The translations under genes were made by a program, and so were the position numbers. A stretch of DNA of 64,000 nt from NCBI RefSeq assembly GCF_006345805.1, contig NC_043007.1, forward strand, positions 31,682,001-31,746,000, in the 5' to 3' direction. This DNA comes from Octopus sinensis. Lineage: Eukaryota. This document shows positions 1-12,687 of the stretch, piece after piece. The notes beneath the pieces are model-generated. The model worked only from the letters and a program-made list of their open reading frames with translations, searched no databases and was not told the origin of the DNA. Numbering within the stretch: the first letter of the stretch is position 1; every line of letters starts with the position of its first letter.

Positions 1-157
1 CACACAGGTAAATTGAAAAACGAATTTATAGACCATTGTTAGAACACAAATTGGGGTTATTTTTTTTCCCCCCTGTTTATTAATTATCCGTTGTGTAAGT
101 TTTACTGAATTATAATAGACAGTGACTAACGATGAATCAACTCTGTTCCGTTTCCAG

Positions 158-3100
158 TTTTGGAAGTCTATCAGTTTGCTCGTGATGCTGCTGTTGCTGA
201 ATCTTGGCTTATTGCTCAAGAGCCATACCTTCAAAACCAAGATCTTGGTGTACGTATTTCACTTATTTTTCTTAATGATTTTCAACTACGATCGTCACGC
301 TAATTAATTTATTTACAATGATATTCAGTTGTACAATTTGCTTTTAAGAATTGGAAGTGATATTTAATATTTTTAATGTTTCTTTTCTTTGTGTTCTGCA
401 GGACACACTTGATGCAGTTGAAAATCTTATTAAGAAACACGAGGCCTTTGAAAAATCTGCAGCAACTCAAGAAGAACGATTTGCTGCCCTCGAAAAACTT
501 ACAACAGTAAGTGGGGGTTTATTTATTTCTCTTTTTTTTTTGTTTTTTTTACTAGCCTAATTGCTTCTGGAGGTCAAGTCTAAAACGACAGACAAAAAAG
601 TTCTCTGATCCACTTCAAATATAACCTACAAAGTAATGGAGCAACTGTACCTGTAGATGTCAGTGTTTTTATATGCGTGTGTGTATAATATATACACAAA
701 CTCAAACACAACTTATGACATGTAAACTCTTAACATTTCTCTATAATGTACTCTTACCGTTTTGTACAACAACATATGCAAAAACTCCAAGGTACAGCAG
801 CTCATTTCTCAGCACTTTGATGGGATAAAAATCAAAAAATCTTGATAATTAAACTCTGTAAACACTCATTGCACACATATGCACACATACATAATTTCAA
901 TTTATTTTACAATGTTGACATTTAGAGAATATTGTTCCCTCCTCTTATATGTGTGTGTATGTATATAATATGAGTGTGTTTTGTTAATTTAGTTTGAACT
1001 TAAAGAAATTCAAAGAAGGCAAGAAGAAGAATATCGACAACAACATCCTGAAGAAGTAGAAAAATCTAAAGAAGAGAAGAGACGAAAATATATTGCAGAA
1101 TTTGTACCTCCAGAAGAGCCGTGAGTATTTGCATCTACAAAGTTTTTATCATTTATACAAAGATAACATTGGGGAGTGAGTTGATAAGTCTTAGCATCAG
1201 CTGGTAATAGACAAAAGGGGTGGGGCTGAAAAGTTCCTGGCTTTGGGTAAAAGAAAATCCAAGAGCACATGGGTGAGAAGCAAACTTCTTTAACCTCACA
1301 GCCAGGTTTCTGCCTATTTATATGTTAGAAGATTTCCTTCTGTAAGTGCTGACTGATTCTGTGAATTCTAATTAACTGACATTGTTTTTGTCACAGACCC
1401 GAGCCAGAACCAGAAGAAGTTGTATCAACTGAACCAGAAGATGGTGAGGCAACATCAGACGATCAAGGACCAGCTGCTATGACCAATGGAGAGAAAGAAG
1501 TAACTGATGAATCAGGTAAGGAGAGAAGAAACTACACCTTCACTTTGATTCTCGTCTTACCGAATATTTTCTTTCCCATAATGACAACCTTCATCCGAAT
1601 GAAGGCATAATGGTATTTTCAACTTTGCAGCATCTCACTTGATTTCCAGTGAATTCTTATCAAATTATTTTTAACATGCATGCTTCTCAGTTCCACAGAT
1701 TACTTCTGGTTGTCTGACCGCAACCTGGTCTACCATCATCACCAGATTTCCAGCAGCAGCGAGAAGACGGCAGTACTTGTGTTAGTCTAACCTGAGTGGC
1801 TTTACTGGTTGGGATTTATAATTATAATTAAGATTGCAGTGTCGAAGTCTGTTAATTGTTCATTACTAAATAGTCTCGGTTAAATATAGGAAATTTATTT
1901 TATAAAATAACGTTCAAGTTTACTCTTGTATTCAATATGTGTGTAACACCTAAACTGCTCCTCCAGTTTTCTAGTAGACAGCAGGAGTTCTGCAGAATAG
2001 GTTCTTAGATGTTAGGGTGGGGTTAAAAAAAAAAACCCTGAATTCTTGAAAGTGTATCTAAATACTTCTATTTGGAAACCTCAAATAGCTGTTAACATTA
2101 GCCTAAAAATAATTAACCTCCTTATATGTACTATTACAGATTATATTATTATGACCAAAGTTAGGAACTTTATGGCAATCCCCAAATTTAATTAGTAACA
2201 CTTATTGAATAAACTTTTCTTCAGCTAAAGACTGTCCCCTGCCTCATCCCACTTTGTTTGTGGCATTTTTCTACATCTATTTTCTACGCAGTTTCTTTAC
2301 CTACTTTTACACTTTGCTTGATATAATTGTTGTATTCTGTTCATACTTGAATTGTTTTGTCTTTCTCTTTTTTTTTTTTTTTTTTATTTGCGGCTTCTTA
2401 CCAATTGAATTTTTCAAATGGTAAACGAATCCTGTCTAATCTGTGTTCAGTTGCCTTGTTTATATCTTTCTTGCATGCTTAATCTTCTATTTTCCAGAGC
2501 GAAGATGTCACAAGTTAATCCAAATCCTTAAATTATACTTTGTAATAATTAAAAGAAAGAAATGGAAAATTGTCACTGGATTTGCATTGTTACAGTGACC
2601 TGTTTATTTTGGCAAGGAAGGCTTTTAATAATAAGTCAGCTTTTATAGTATTAGGCTAATAAAAAATTATCTTTTGTAAGCAATTTTGGTTTAAATAATA
2701 TCGTATATGGAGAATTCAGACACAGAAGAATTCAAGAAGAGAGAGATGTGTCGATCAAGTTCTCAAATTTGAGAGTGAAGCAACACTGCTATAATGAAGG
2801 ACATGTAATAGTGTTATAATGCCGTTCTTTCTTGGGCCATATTGAATAATGATTACAATAATATCTATGGCAGTTTATTAAACCAATATCATTTGAATTA
2901 TTTGCCAAATATAAAAATTTTGTCATTGACCTGTGTTAGTTGAAGTTAATACGGATGGCTGATAGAGATTGTTGTTAAGCCAGATTAGTGTTATAACATA
3001 TACACTAAATGCTTATTGTTGTTACTCACAACAGGTCAAACTGTGACCCACACCACACCACCAGCTAAAGACACACTGAGACCAGTAGCCAAAGGTGACT

Positions 3101-5506
3101 AGTTTTGTCTGTTGGGTAGCATTTTATAAGCTTTCTTAATCATTTTTAACCATATTAAAAGAAAAAAAAAATGATAGAAATGCAGTTTTAACCTTTGCAT
3201 CGTGATAAACAGCATTAATATTTGCGGATTTTGTTCATATTTGTTGTTTTAACACGCTTCATATATCCATGGCTCATATAATCATGGCATCATCAAGGCT
3301 GTTTTGGCATCAATAATTTGTAATAATTAACTGATCAACTCTTGGCTATTTCACACCATTTTTCCCATTGAAATTCTGGTGGCTTCATTTAATCTCTAGT
3401 TTAAAATTCAGTCTAACTTTTCTGGATTCTATCAACATGGAAAAAAAAAACCCCTTCAGTAAAATCCTTAGAAATCTAATGTAAATTTATTTATAAAATG
3501 TATTAAAAAAAGTTATGAATTTATATACATAAATTGTATAGCAATTTGCTTAACTACTTCCAAATAAAGTTGCTTATTTAAGCTTATATTTTCATTATAA
3601 CTAACAAAAAAAATTGCTTCAAATATTATAAAATTATAGCTGGCGGTGGTATCTCCTTTTGTGGTCAGTGTATTTGTAAACTCTTTGTTGCGACTCAACT
3701 CGCTCAGCTTTTTAAACCTTCACACATACACACACATTCTCTAAACGATGCCTGTTTCACTTTTACTGCTGGGACTTGCTGTCTCTATTCTACTACATAA
3801 TCTTCTACTGCAGGCCTACTTTTTTTTATTTTACTTTTCCATTCTGTCTAATGTTGCTTAGAAATGTTGCAAAAAATATTTTAAAGTCGTAAAATCTTTC
3901 CAAATAATCAACAATCAAAGGTTTGGAGAAACCCTCTCCTTGTTTCTTTTTTGTTTTGTTTTCTTTTATTTGATCGAATTTCTTATTTTTTCTATTTTTC
4001 TCTCTAAGTGAACCTTCAAGTTTTGCATGTAACAACCACTTTTCTCGCATGCATCAATCTTCTGTTGTTGTTTTGTCAATCAAGGCGCTGTCTTAAACGA
4101 ATCGTCATCAAACCAAGCTACAGATGATACTACAGTCCACTCAAAGTCCAGGTCACTCCCTCAAAGGGCCGACTCTGAGAATAGTAGGTGCTTTTACAAC
4201 ACTGTCTCAAGACCATCATCCATTAGCTTACCATTTTCACTAAAATGTTGTTCATTTATAAACCATTAAAAGTAACCTAATTTATATATTAATGAGTTGT
4301 AAGTTTTAATTAAACTTCACACTATATACACATATAAATAATACCTAAAATAAATTTTATGTAATTAAACTTTAAAGTATTAATCTGATAATCAATTTTA
4401 AGTCAATTTTTGTATAATTTTAAAAACTGTAGATTTTATTTCAAATTACAATTGCTCTGCGCTATAAAAATCAAAAGCCCCTCCACTTCTTTCTAAAATA
4501 CAATTTGCCTATTTTTTACCTGTCAAAGCTCTCATTTCATTTTCCGTTATACTTCATTTTTGCATTTACTGCTCTAATCTTTTCACTTTCATATTTTACT
4601 TTAATGCTTTCATTCTGCTTCTGTATATTCTAAACTTCACAACAACAAAAGACGGGGACCTCTTGCAGCTTTTCTTTTGTTTTTTTTAAACATTCCCATT
4701 CCATACACTTTTTAAATATATTCAAATGAGAATATTTTTTTTCTTATAGATATAAACCTCTTCAGTTATTAGTTCTGAAGAAGGTACCTACATAATCAGA
4801 TTCTAAGTGAACAGAAATTGTATATTTTTTAGACAAACGAAAACAAACTTTAGTCTATTAGCTTATTAAATTGTGTAGTTATCTATAACCACAATATTCA
4901 TATATTTCTTGTAGAATAGAAATAATAGTCCACAGAATTATACTTATACCATAGTAGACGATATATTATGCAAATATAAACAATGGATTTTATGTAGGAA
5001 AATATTTTTCAGGAAAGCTTTCTAAATATTTCACAAAAATTTTTTTTTTTAAATTAGTCTGTCATAATGTCTTGTGGCTAATGTGCTGCAAAATTACCTG
5101 GTTAAAGGCAATTGACATAATTTCAGATGAAAACGAGAACTGGGCCTGGAATGAAACTTTGAATAAAAACACCTGTTTGAAAAAAAAATTATTTCAGTAT
5201 TTGATGCAAAAAAAAAAAAAAAAAAAGTTGAATTTGGAATGAAATATTGTTTTGAATATTTTCATTTAAAGTGCTTTAAAATGCTTTGCAACAGGGAAAA
5301 GGTTTTCATTGTGTGCTGCTGTACAGCAGATATTTTCTTTTGAGACAAATCCTTGATGAGTTAAAAGGAATAGCTTTTATTCTATATTGGATTCATTGTC
5401 AAACCTACCAAAATATTTTCAGATATTGACCAGATTTGCACCATCCCTACAAATATGAGAGAACAATCACAGATTTTTTAAAACTTTTTTTTTTTTTAAT
5501 ATTCAT

Positions 5507-5538
<32 letters not shown>

Positions 5539-8500
5539 CATCATTTCAATTTTGATAACCATGGTTTTCATCTTAGCTGGAATCTTTCTTTTTCTTCCTC
5601 ATCTGGTTCTACACCTTTTCACTTAATGCCGTCCAATTCTGTCAGTGAGATCATGTATATCTGTTACTATGATCTTTGTCGAAACTCCTCTTTTTCTTGT
5701 CATAAGTGGGAAATTGTCAAGTTGGAATTTCATTGTCATTAGATTTTGTTTTTGTTTTAACTCTCCAAGAGTTGCAGTTATGTTCACCTAACTCTCTGTT
5801 CTTGGTACTAATCACTCAGCTGTTTATGTTCATCTAACTCTGTTCTTGCTCAGTTGCATGAGGTTGTTGTCCAGTCATTTTAATTTTCTCAATTTTTTGT
5901 TGTAATTTTCAGTTTTTAATTTATAGTAAATATTATAATTTATTCCATTGTAAATATTTTATGTAAAGTGTTGTCATGTATAAGGATATAACTGTAATTA
6001 TGCATAAATTACCAATCACACATGACTTTTAACAAGTAACTCCTTGTGTAAAATGTAAATAATTACACATTAATTAATGTAGGTTTTATATTTTGTTTTG
6101 TCATTCACAGAATCTGTCATAAATATATTAAAAGATCACAGATTAATCTTTTATAAAATCCATTAACTTTCATAAGTTCTTAAATATATAATTTTTAATA
6201 ATTTCATTTTAATAAAAACTGGTAGATTTTGTTTTCATGAATAAATGGCATTTTCAGTTGGTCACCGGACTTAATACTATATGACAGATTCTATCATTTG
6301 TTTTGTTTTTTTTATCTTAGAATGTAGACTATTTGTGTGCATTTGTCTGTGTTTTACTAAACCCTGCTGGTTACTCATAGCTATTGACCTCTCATGTTGA
6401 CCCATCATGTCATAATCATTATCATTCGACTGGTTGAGACAATGGAATTTACTATGTTACGCCAGACCTCACGGTCCATCATAGCATTACGGAGGTCCTG
6501 TTGCTGAATGCCTGTATCCCTGGAGATTACATCAGGGTAGGAGAGTGCACGCCCTCTGGTTTTGCGAGCAGATGGCTTCCAGAGGAGAAGAGTAGAAATT
6601 GCCTCGTTTTCAGCTCTACAACAATGTCCAGCAAACTGGACTCTTCTACCTTTCACTAGAGATGACACAGGTAGTAGTTTCCCATATATTTGTACTTTGG
6701 TTGGATGACGCTTCCACGAGAGATTTTGAGCTCTCATAAGGAGGCGAGTGTAAGTTCCATCCAAACGCATCTCAAGCTTCTACGAATACTTATCTCAAGA
6801 ACTGAATATTCCTCATCGTTCAGTGCCAAGTTTGTTTCAACTTTAGGACATCAACTTACAAATTGTTCAGTATTTCTAAAAGTTGTAAATTGGATATTTT
6901 AAATTCCTTCATATTTCTTTTAGTTTAGCTATTTCCATGACACAGATGTCAGGACAGACAAAGCAGCTTACCTGCTCGTCTCTTAAGTTGCTATTCTGAC
7001 TTCATGATTGCTGCGTTTTTTCTTGATACTTGAATGGCACTAATAATGGGCTGAAATCCAAATTTTCAGAATTTAAGAAAATATTGTAAAATGTGTGTGT
7101 GTGTAGCTTATTATGTTTAACTGTAATTGAAAGCACGAGGCATTCCTGATGTTCTTTGGATTCAGTTTATAACCAGCAGGAGACAAACTGGAGTACCGTA
7201 AACTGTTCGTTCGGATTGTCAAATCTTTGATTATCAGTACATGTTTCTTTGTAGCTGGAAGTTGGTTATATTTAGGTTTGCTTCATTCATTAGTTATATT
7301 GTTTGTATGAAAAGCCATAACAGTAAATAAAACAAAACGTCAAATATTTGATCTTACAAAAGACTAGCAATGCCATCCGGTCTTTGGCTTCCGCTTCATC
7401 ATCATTTTCTTAGTTTTAAAAACTTATCCTTTTTTTAAAAAGTTCAATCAACTTGTATCTTAATTATTTTTTTTTTTTTTTCCTAATCATCATATTTTTT
7501 CATCTTTATTCCCACTGAAGACCACTACCCCTCTCATAGTAAAGAAAAAAAATAATAAAATCCATTTCCTCCCATTCACAAAGACTAACTGATACACCTT
7601 GCAAGAAAAGCTTTAATTACTGATTGCCAAAATGTTTAAAATTGTATTAAAAAGTCGTCGCTTCTATGCACTTGTCTATTCAAGTGAAACAATTTAACAG
7701 CACTCAGCGCAAATATTAAGTCACTACTTTTCACTTAATTCAAAAAACCAGCACAGCATTCTCTTTGTGTATTCTGCTACTAGCATAGACCGTTAAGTGT
7801 TTTCTTCTAACCATTCTTCTAGCTTCTCACCATTCTTTCCAATCTTTGGTTGGAAAGCAGAAAGAATTCTTAGGTTTGTTGTGAGTTTGTTGAACTGACA
7901 CGTTTTTATAAGTGTTTTCTGCTGCATGATTTTGGTAGGAAGGAATAGGCTTTTTGGCCTCAGTGCTGCCACTGTTTTGCTTGGGATTTGCTTTTCAAGG
8001 CTTTGGGCTGGCAGATGCTTTTGTTGGCAGAGCATCTTGTCCTAATGATCAACTACTATAATAAATGTCATTCGTGATTTTTGTATTAGATAAGGAGAAG
8101 AAACGATCACGTTCCAAATCACCATTTGGAAGATTCTTTGCTCGTAAACGTGAAGATGAAGGTCCGTCATCACCTAGTCGTTCAGGTAAACATAAACTTT
8201 GTATATCTAAGAGCGCAATAAAGCACAGGGCAGCTCTCTCACACTGACGTGGTCTTTGGTCTTCTTCTTTCTCTCTATCTCTCTCTCCATATATATATAC
8301 ACACATGTATAAATCATATATTTCTCCTACAACTTGGTATTTTATTTAATCTGTTTCTTGGATTGGGATTTTGCTGATCTCTTAATTTTCTCAAACACCT
8401 GCATTATATTCATTTTGTTCGGGTTTTGTTTTTTTTTTTTAATTAAAAATTTTTTTTTCACATTTGTCATCTTTGATTTTCATATCTTCTTCCATTTTCC

Positions 8501-11500
8501 ACTGCTTTTGAAGAAAGTTCACCTGTATCCAGATCTTCATTTCTTTCTCTACCAAGGTGGTTGTTTCATATTCTGACAGTTTTTTGTTTTTGTTTTTTCC
8601 TGTTACTAAAACTACCAAAATACAAAACTAAAAATTCACTTACAGTTTTCGAATCATTGGAAGCCATTGAACGTACACAAAAGAATTCAAATCATTCGGA
8701 GTTCGACAGAATCGAAGGAAATTTTTTGAAACGTTTTTTTTTTTTTTGTCATCCATGATCTTATTTGCTTTCATATTCAAAATCAAGACAGAAAATATTC
8801 TCGACTTACAACAGTTCATTTTGTATTGATGTTTTATAATAACCATCATTGTTTTATTTTTTTTTTCAATTCCATGCCATTATATTTCTTATTTCATCAA
8901 TCGGCAAAACTCTGCTTTGGCAGAATATGTCTTACATGTTAAATATTTATATATTTAGACACACAATGTTATTTAAGTGCTACATGTTAGCTTTAGAGTT
9001 AAATTTGCATTGAATCTGTTAAACCTGATAGGAAATCTTAAAATTGATATCAGAACAACGAAGGATTACTAGTTAATAATGTTCATAGTTTAATTTCAAG
9101 ATATGCAATACTTTATAATAGGCAGACCTCAGTTAATTTTATTTTAATTGTACCAAATAATGATACTTGAAGTAGTTTGTCTTCAACAAACCATTCTCAT
9201 TCATTTCATAAATAGTCTTTTACATTTGTCCTTTTGAATATATATCATCACTTAGCATACAGTCATCTGCATCATCTGTGGACAGGTTTATTGGAGAGAA
9301 TTTAAGCAGTCGCTGCCCACAAGAAGCTCTGTGTCACCTGTACTTGTTGCCTAATGTTTGAACGAAATTCATTCATCAGATTATTATCTTCATAAAACTG
9401 CCGTTGGTGGTCAAGATCGTGGCTAAATCCTTTTAGGTGCATTTTCATTAGATAGAGATTGAATTCATTGAGACTATGTTGTTGATGTTACAGCTGATGT
9501 TGTTTTTAAATTCTGTTGTTATAATGGTTGTGTGTTGGTCTTTATAGAACATCAATTAGCTGGAGCCCCAGAAGCAGAACATCTTGAAGGAGCATTAATC
9601 AGAAAACACGAGTGGGAAACACAAACCAAAAAAGCTTCCAACCGGTAAATATTTCCTTCTCTTTGAATTGTCCGTTGTTAAAGAGTTAAATGTTAGACAC
9701 ACACTGCACAATGAATTGGTGATAAATAAAGTTAGATGTAATGATTTTATTTTGGAACAAAGCCAGCAGTTTTGAGGAGAGGGAATAAAATAGATATCCT
9801 GGTTCACAATTAATGAACCATGGTATCCTTGGTTCAGTGATAAACGATTATTGATGTACAATTAATTTCTACAATCACCATGTGTAGTCACTTGGATGAT
9901 CTCTATCTGCTAAATCGATTTTTTTTCCTCATTGATTTTATTCTTCACAATAATTTCAATAAATCTCAAAAAATAGCAGTAATTGGAATCTCTAAATTTT
10001 GCAACATAGATTTTTTTTTTGTTTTTTAAGATTTGTAAAAAAGATGTTTTCTTGGCCATTATCAGTAATTTCCTCTCCTCACAAGTTTCATGTTTTTCTA
10101 TGTAATGTGATGTCAGTGCTGTCCATTACAATGTCAATGTGGATGTAATTGTTGCTATTGTTTTACATTCACAGATCTTGGGAGAAAGCTTACATCATAC
10201 TTCAAGCAAATGAACTTTCCTGCTATAAAGACTTCAAACATGCAAAGACTGTGAGTACAAGCTATTTGTTTCTTTTTTTTTTTATATTATGTAAGGTCAT
10301 GTTGAGTGGTGGGGGTGCATAGTGGTGGCACTGATAAGACTTTGCTGAGTTTGAAATATTACAGATTGATGTCTAAAGAGAAAAGGGAAGGGAATTTGGG
10401 GAAGGAAGAACTGAAGGAAGTACTTAATGCAAAGATACCATTAAAGGTGACTTGACTCAGACTGGCAAGAGAAGGAGGGGTCAGAGGAGTTTCGAGTGGA
10501 CTCGGGCTGAACAGGACTTGTTAGTCATTTTTCTTTCAGAGAGAAAGAAAACTATTTCAACTGGAGAGATATGGGGGACTCCACTAGTTTTAAATACCGA
10601 GACAATGCACCTATGATTTCATCAGAGGTTGAGGGCCCAAGAGGGGAATGTTACCATGTTCCTTATGCATTTATTACAGTCTTATAAAGATTATACATTA
10701 CCGTACACAGTTGTAAACATGTGTAGATGTGGACATTTTTTGATGAATATTTAAAATTTGGTAACCTTACTGAACCTTAATGCAGACTAAATATTTTCTT
10801 ATCTTAATTAGCTTTTATTTCATTAATACTGTTTGTTTTGTATAATTTCTAATTCCCATGAAATGGTTGGTTGTGGTTTGAAGCTGCTGCTACAGATGGG
10901 ATTGTGTTTTTGTACATTCAGTGAAAAAAATGGAAGTTCATTTTTGGAATTTAATAAAGCTCTGCTCTGCAATATCCAATTATGAAAAATTGGTTTGGGA
11001 TTATTACTAAGATAATAAGGATCTGACAAGAACACAATCTAATGATTTGATTATTAGATCTGATGTAGTGGAAATATTCCATATGTGTATGACATGAGAA
11101 CCAGGATTTCTGGAGAGTCATCCACTTTTATGTAAAACTATGGACAGATTTAACTTTTCCCTAATTAACTATCGTAATATATTTGTAAATCTTAAATCTC
11201 CAATTCAACAATATTGTACTTGTGGCAGCATTCACCCAAGATGGGTTGAGCCAGCTCTGACCCACAAGTCCACCACATCTGATGGTCAGCTGCAGTTGAG
11301 GCTGGCAATGGATGTAAACTCTACACCTCAGCAGCAAATTTAATGATTTTTCCCATTACTAATGCAATTGTCGTATAATTTGATTTGATCTCTTGTTTAT
11401 AGAAACTTTGATCCGCATTGAAATTCTTGTTCTTAATATTGTAGGATCCTAATACACGCCTTCATCATGAAACTGCCATCAATTTGAGTGGAGCTACCTG

Positions 11501-11886
11501 TGATCGAGCTCACGATTACACCAAACGTCCTCATGTGTTCCGTCTAAAATTGGCCGGTGGTGCTGAATACCTATTCCAATGTAAAGATGATGTAAGTTTG
11601 GTTCTTCACTTATTTTTTTTTCTCGTTTAAAGAGGCATTTTATGAAAAATCTATTTTGCAAGTTTTTCTGAGTCTGTTAATTTTTTAATTTCTCTAATTC
11701 GAAACTTTCCCTTTTGTGCTTTTCAAGGCTGAAATGGAGAATTGGATCACAAAAGTAAGTGCAGCAACTGGAGAAGCCAGCAGTAGCGGTCCCACTAGAT
11801 CCCAAACACTCCCTGCAAAACCAGACGGTGAACCAAAACGAGATGAACACAAGCGAAGGAGTTTTTTCACATTGAAAAAGAAATAA
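158..11886 (+). CDS. beta-Spec: Beta-spectrin, 3' portion (last spectrin repeat, linker, PH domain); 5' part lies upstream of the window
   Basis: AG/GT-bounded, phase-consistent exons: 158-249 ([30 protein letters not shown]), 402-506 ([35 protein letters not shown]), 993-1120, 1397-1515, 3035-3094, 4085-4183, 8090-8185 ([16 protein letters not shown]), 9548-9644 ([20 protein letters not shown]), 10175-10250 (SWEKAYIIL), 11445-11591 ([26 protein letters not shown]), 11728-11886 (EMENWI...[10 protein letters not shown]). The motifs match the beta-spectrin terminal repeat and PH domain as I recall them. The three phase 1-1 linker exons are less certain than the rest. Confidence 0.95.
1217..1258. 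mobile_element. Solo TIR remnant of the same mariner MITE
   Basis: GCTGAAAAGTTCCTGGCTTTGGGTAAAAGAAAA is identical to the left end of 35609-35824. Confidence 0.65.
1699..1790 (+). CDS. Candidate alternative terminal exon of beta-spectrin ([30 protein letters not shown])
   Basis: Acceptor ttccacAG at 1697-1698; phase 1 matches exon 1397-1515; open to TAA at 1788-1790; higher GC than flanking intron; TGCATG at 1677-1682. A second acceptor at 1690 gives another open frame ending at TAG nearby. Confidence 0.45.
6404..6782 (-). mobile_element. 5'-truncated RTE-clade LINE (C-terminus of ORF2) in a spectrin intron, antisense
   Basis: Open 121-aa frame [10 protein letters not shown]...[23 protein letters not shown]...RGR...DTG...[12 protein letters not shown] is typical of the RTE ORF2 end; ATG-rich short tail. 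Confidence 0.85.
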
Positions 11887-12481
11887 ATATCCACAAAAAG
11901 ATAAATTCATTGCAGTCCTTTCACACATGCTTTGGGTGGAATATCTGAAGAGGCTACGCTGTTGCTGCTTTTGCTGCCAGTGAGTTAACGAGACTTTTTC
12001 TATCATTATTACAAAAATAAAGAACACTCCATGAAGCTACCACTCTAACAACCCTCCTCATCTTTGTTATTCCTTCTAACTTGCTTTTCTGTGCTTCAAA
12101 CACAGAACTGCCTACGTTTCCATTATAAGTATGTTACGAAATTAAGTACAACAAATTTATTTTCTGCCACCAGAACTGATTCTAAACAAGATCAGTTGGG
12201 AGTAAATCTCAAAAGTGATATTAAATGTTGTGTGCTATTAGTCTCTAACCTCTCTCTCTCACACACATGAGCTTGCTTTACAAATACAAACCATTACATT
12301 TTAATTTTGGGTGGGGTTCATTTCAATCTGAAATTTTCTGAAAAAAGAAAAGGCACTGCCACTTTGTAAAATAAGTTTTAGTTTTCTGTAAAGTTGGTAA
12401 TTTTCTCTGATTCTTTCTCTCTTGAAATGTTCTTTTGTGTCTGCAGATGTAACATTTTGTAGAATTTAATTGGAACCTTAA

Positions 12482-12687
12482 CCCTTTCGTTACCAACCCG
12501 GCTCTGTTGTACAAATGTCTTGCTTTCAAAAGTTTTGAATTAAAATCTTCCATCAAACCTTAGTCACAATTTATGTTCCTAACACTAGCTTAATGGATAA
12601 CTAAGTTATTTTACTAAATTCTTTGTTATATTTCAAGTAATTGAAAGAAACAGAAAGCATCTCAAAATAAATACAGTAACGAAAGGG
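12482..12687. mobile_element. TTAA-flanked MITE (piggyBac-like ends), family A, about 600 bp 3' of the spectrin stop
   Basis: TTAA|CCCTTTCGTTAC ... GTAACGAAAGGG|TTAA; similar to copies at 47785 and 48154. Confidence 0.85.

Noticed and set aside
1010-1270. 86-aa minus-strand ORF and other antisense ORFs over spectrin exons
   Set aside because: Antisense shadows of real plus-strand exons.
5125-5345. Further phase-1 spectrin terminal exons (DENENWAW... at about 5128; [13 protein letters not shown] at about 6946)
   Set aside because: Chance AG-plus-open-frame matches are common in long AT-rich introns; the first runs through a poly(A) tract and neither has a supporting motif.
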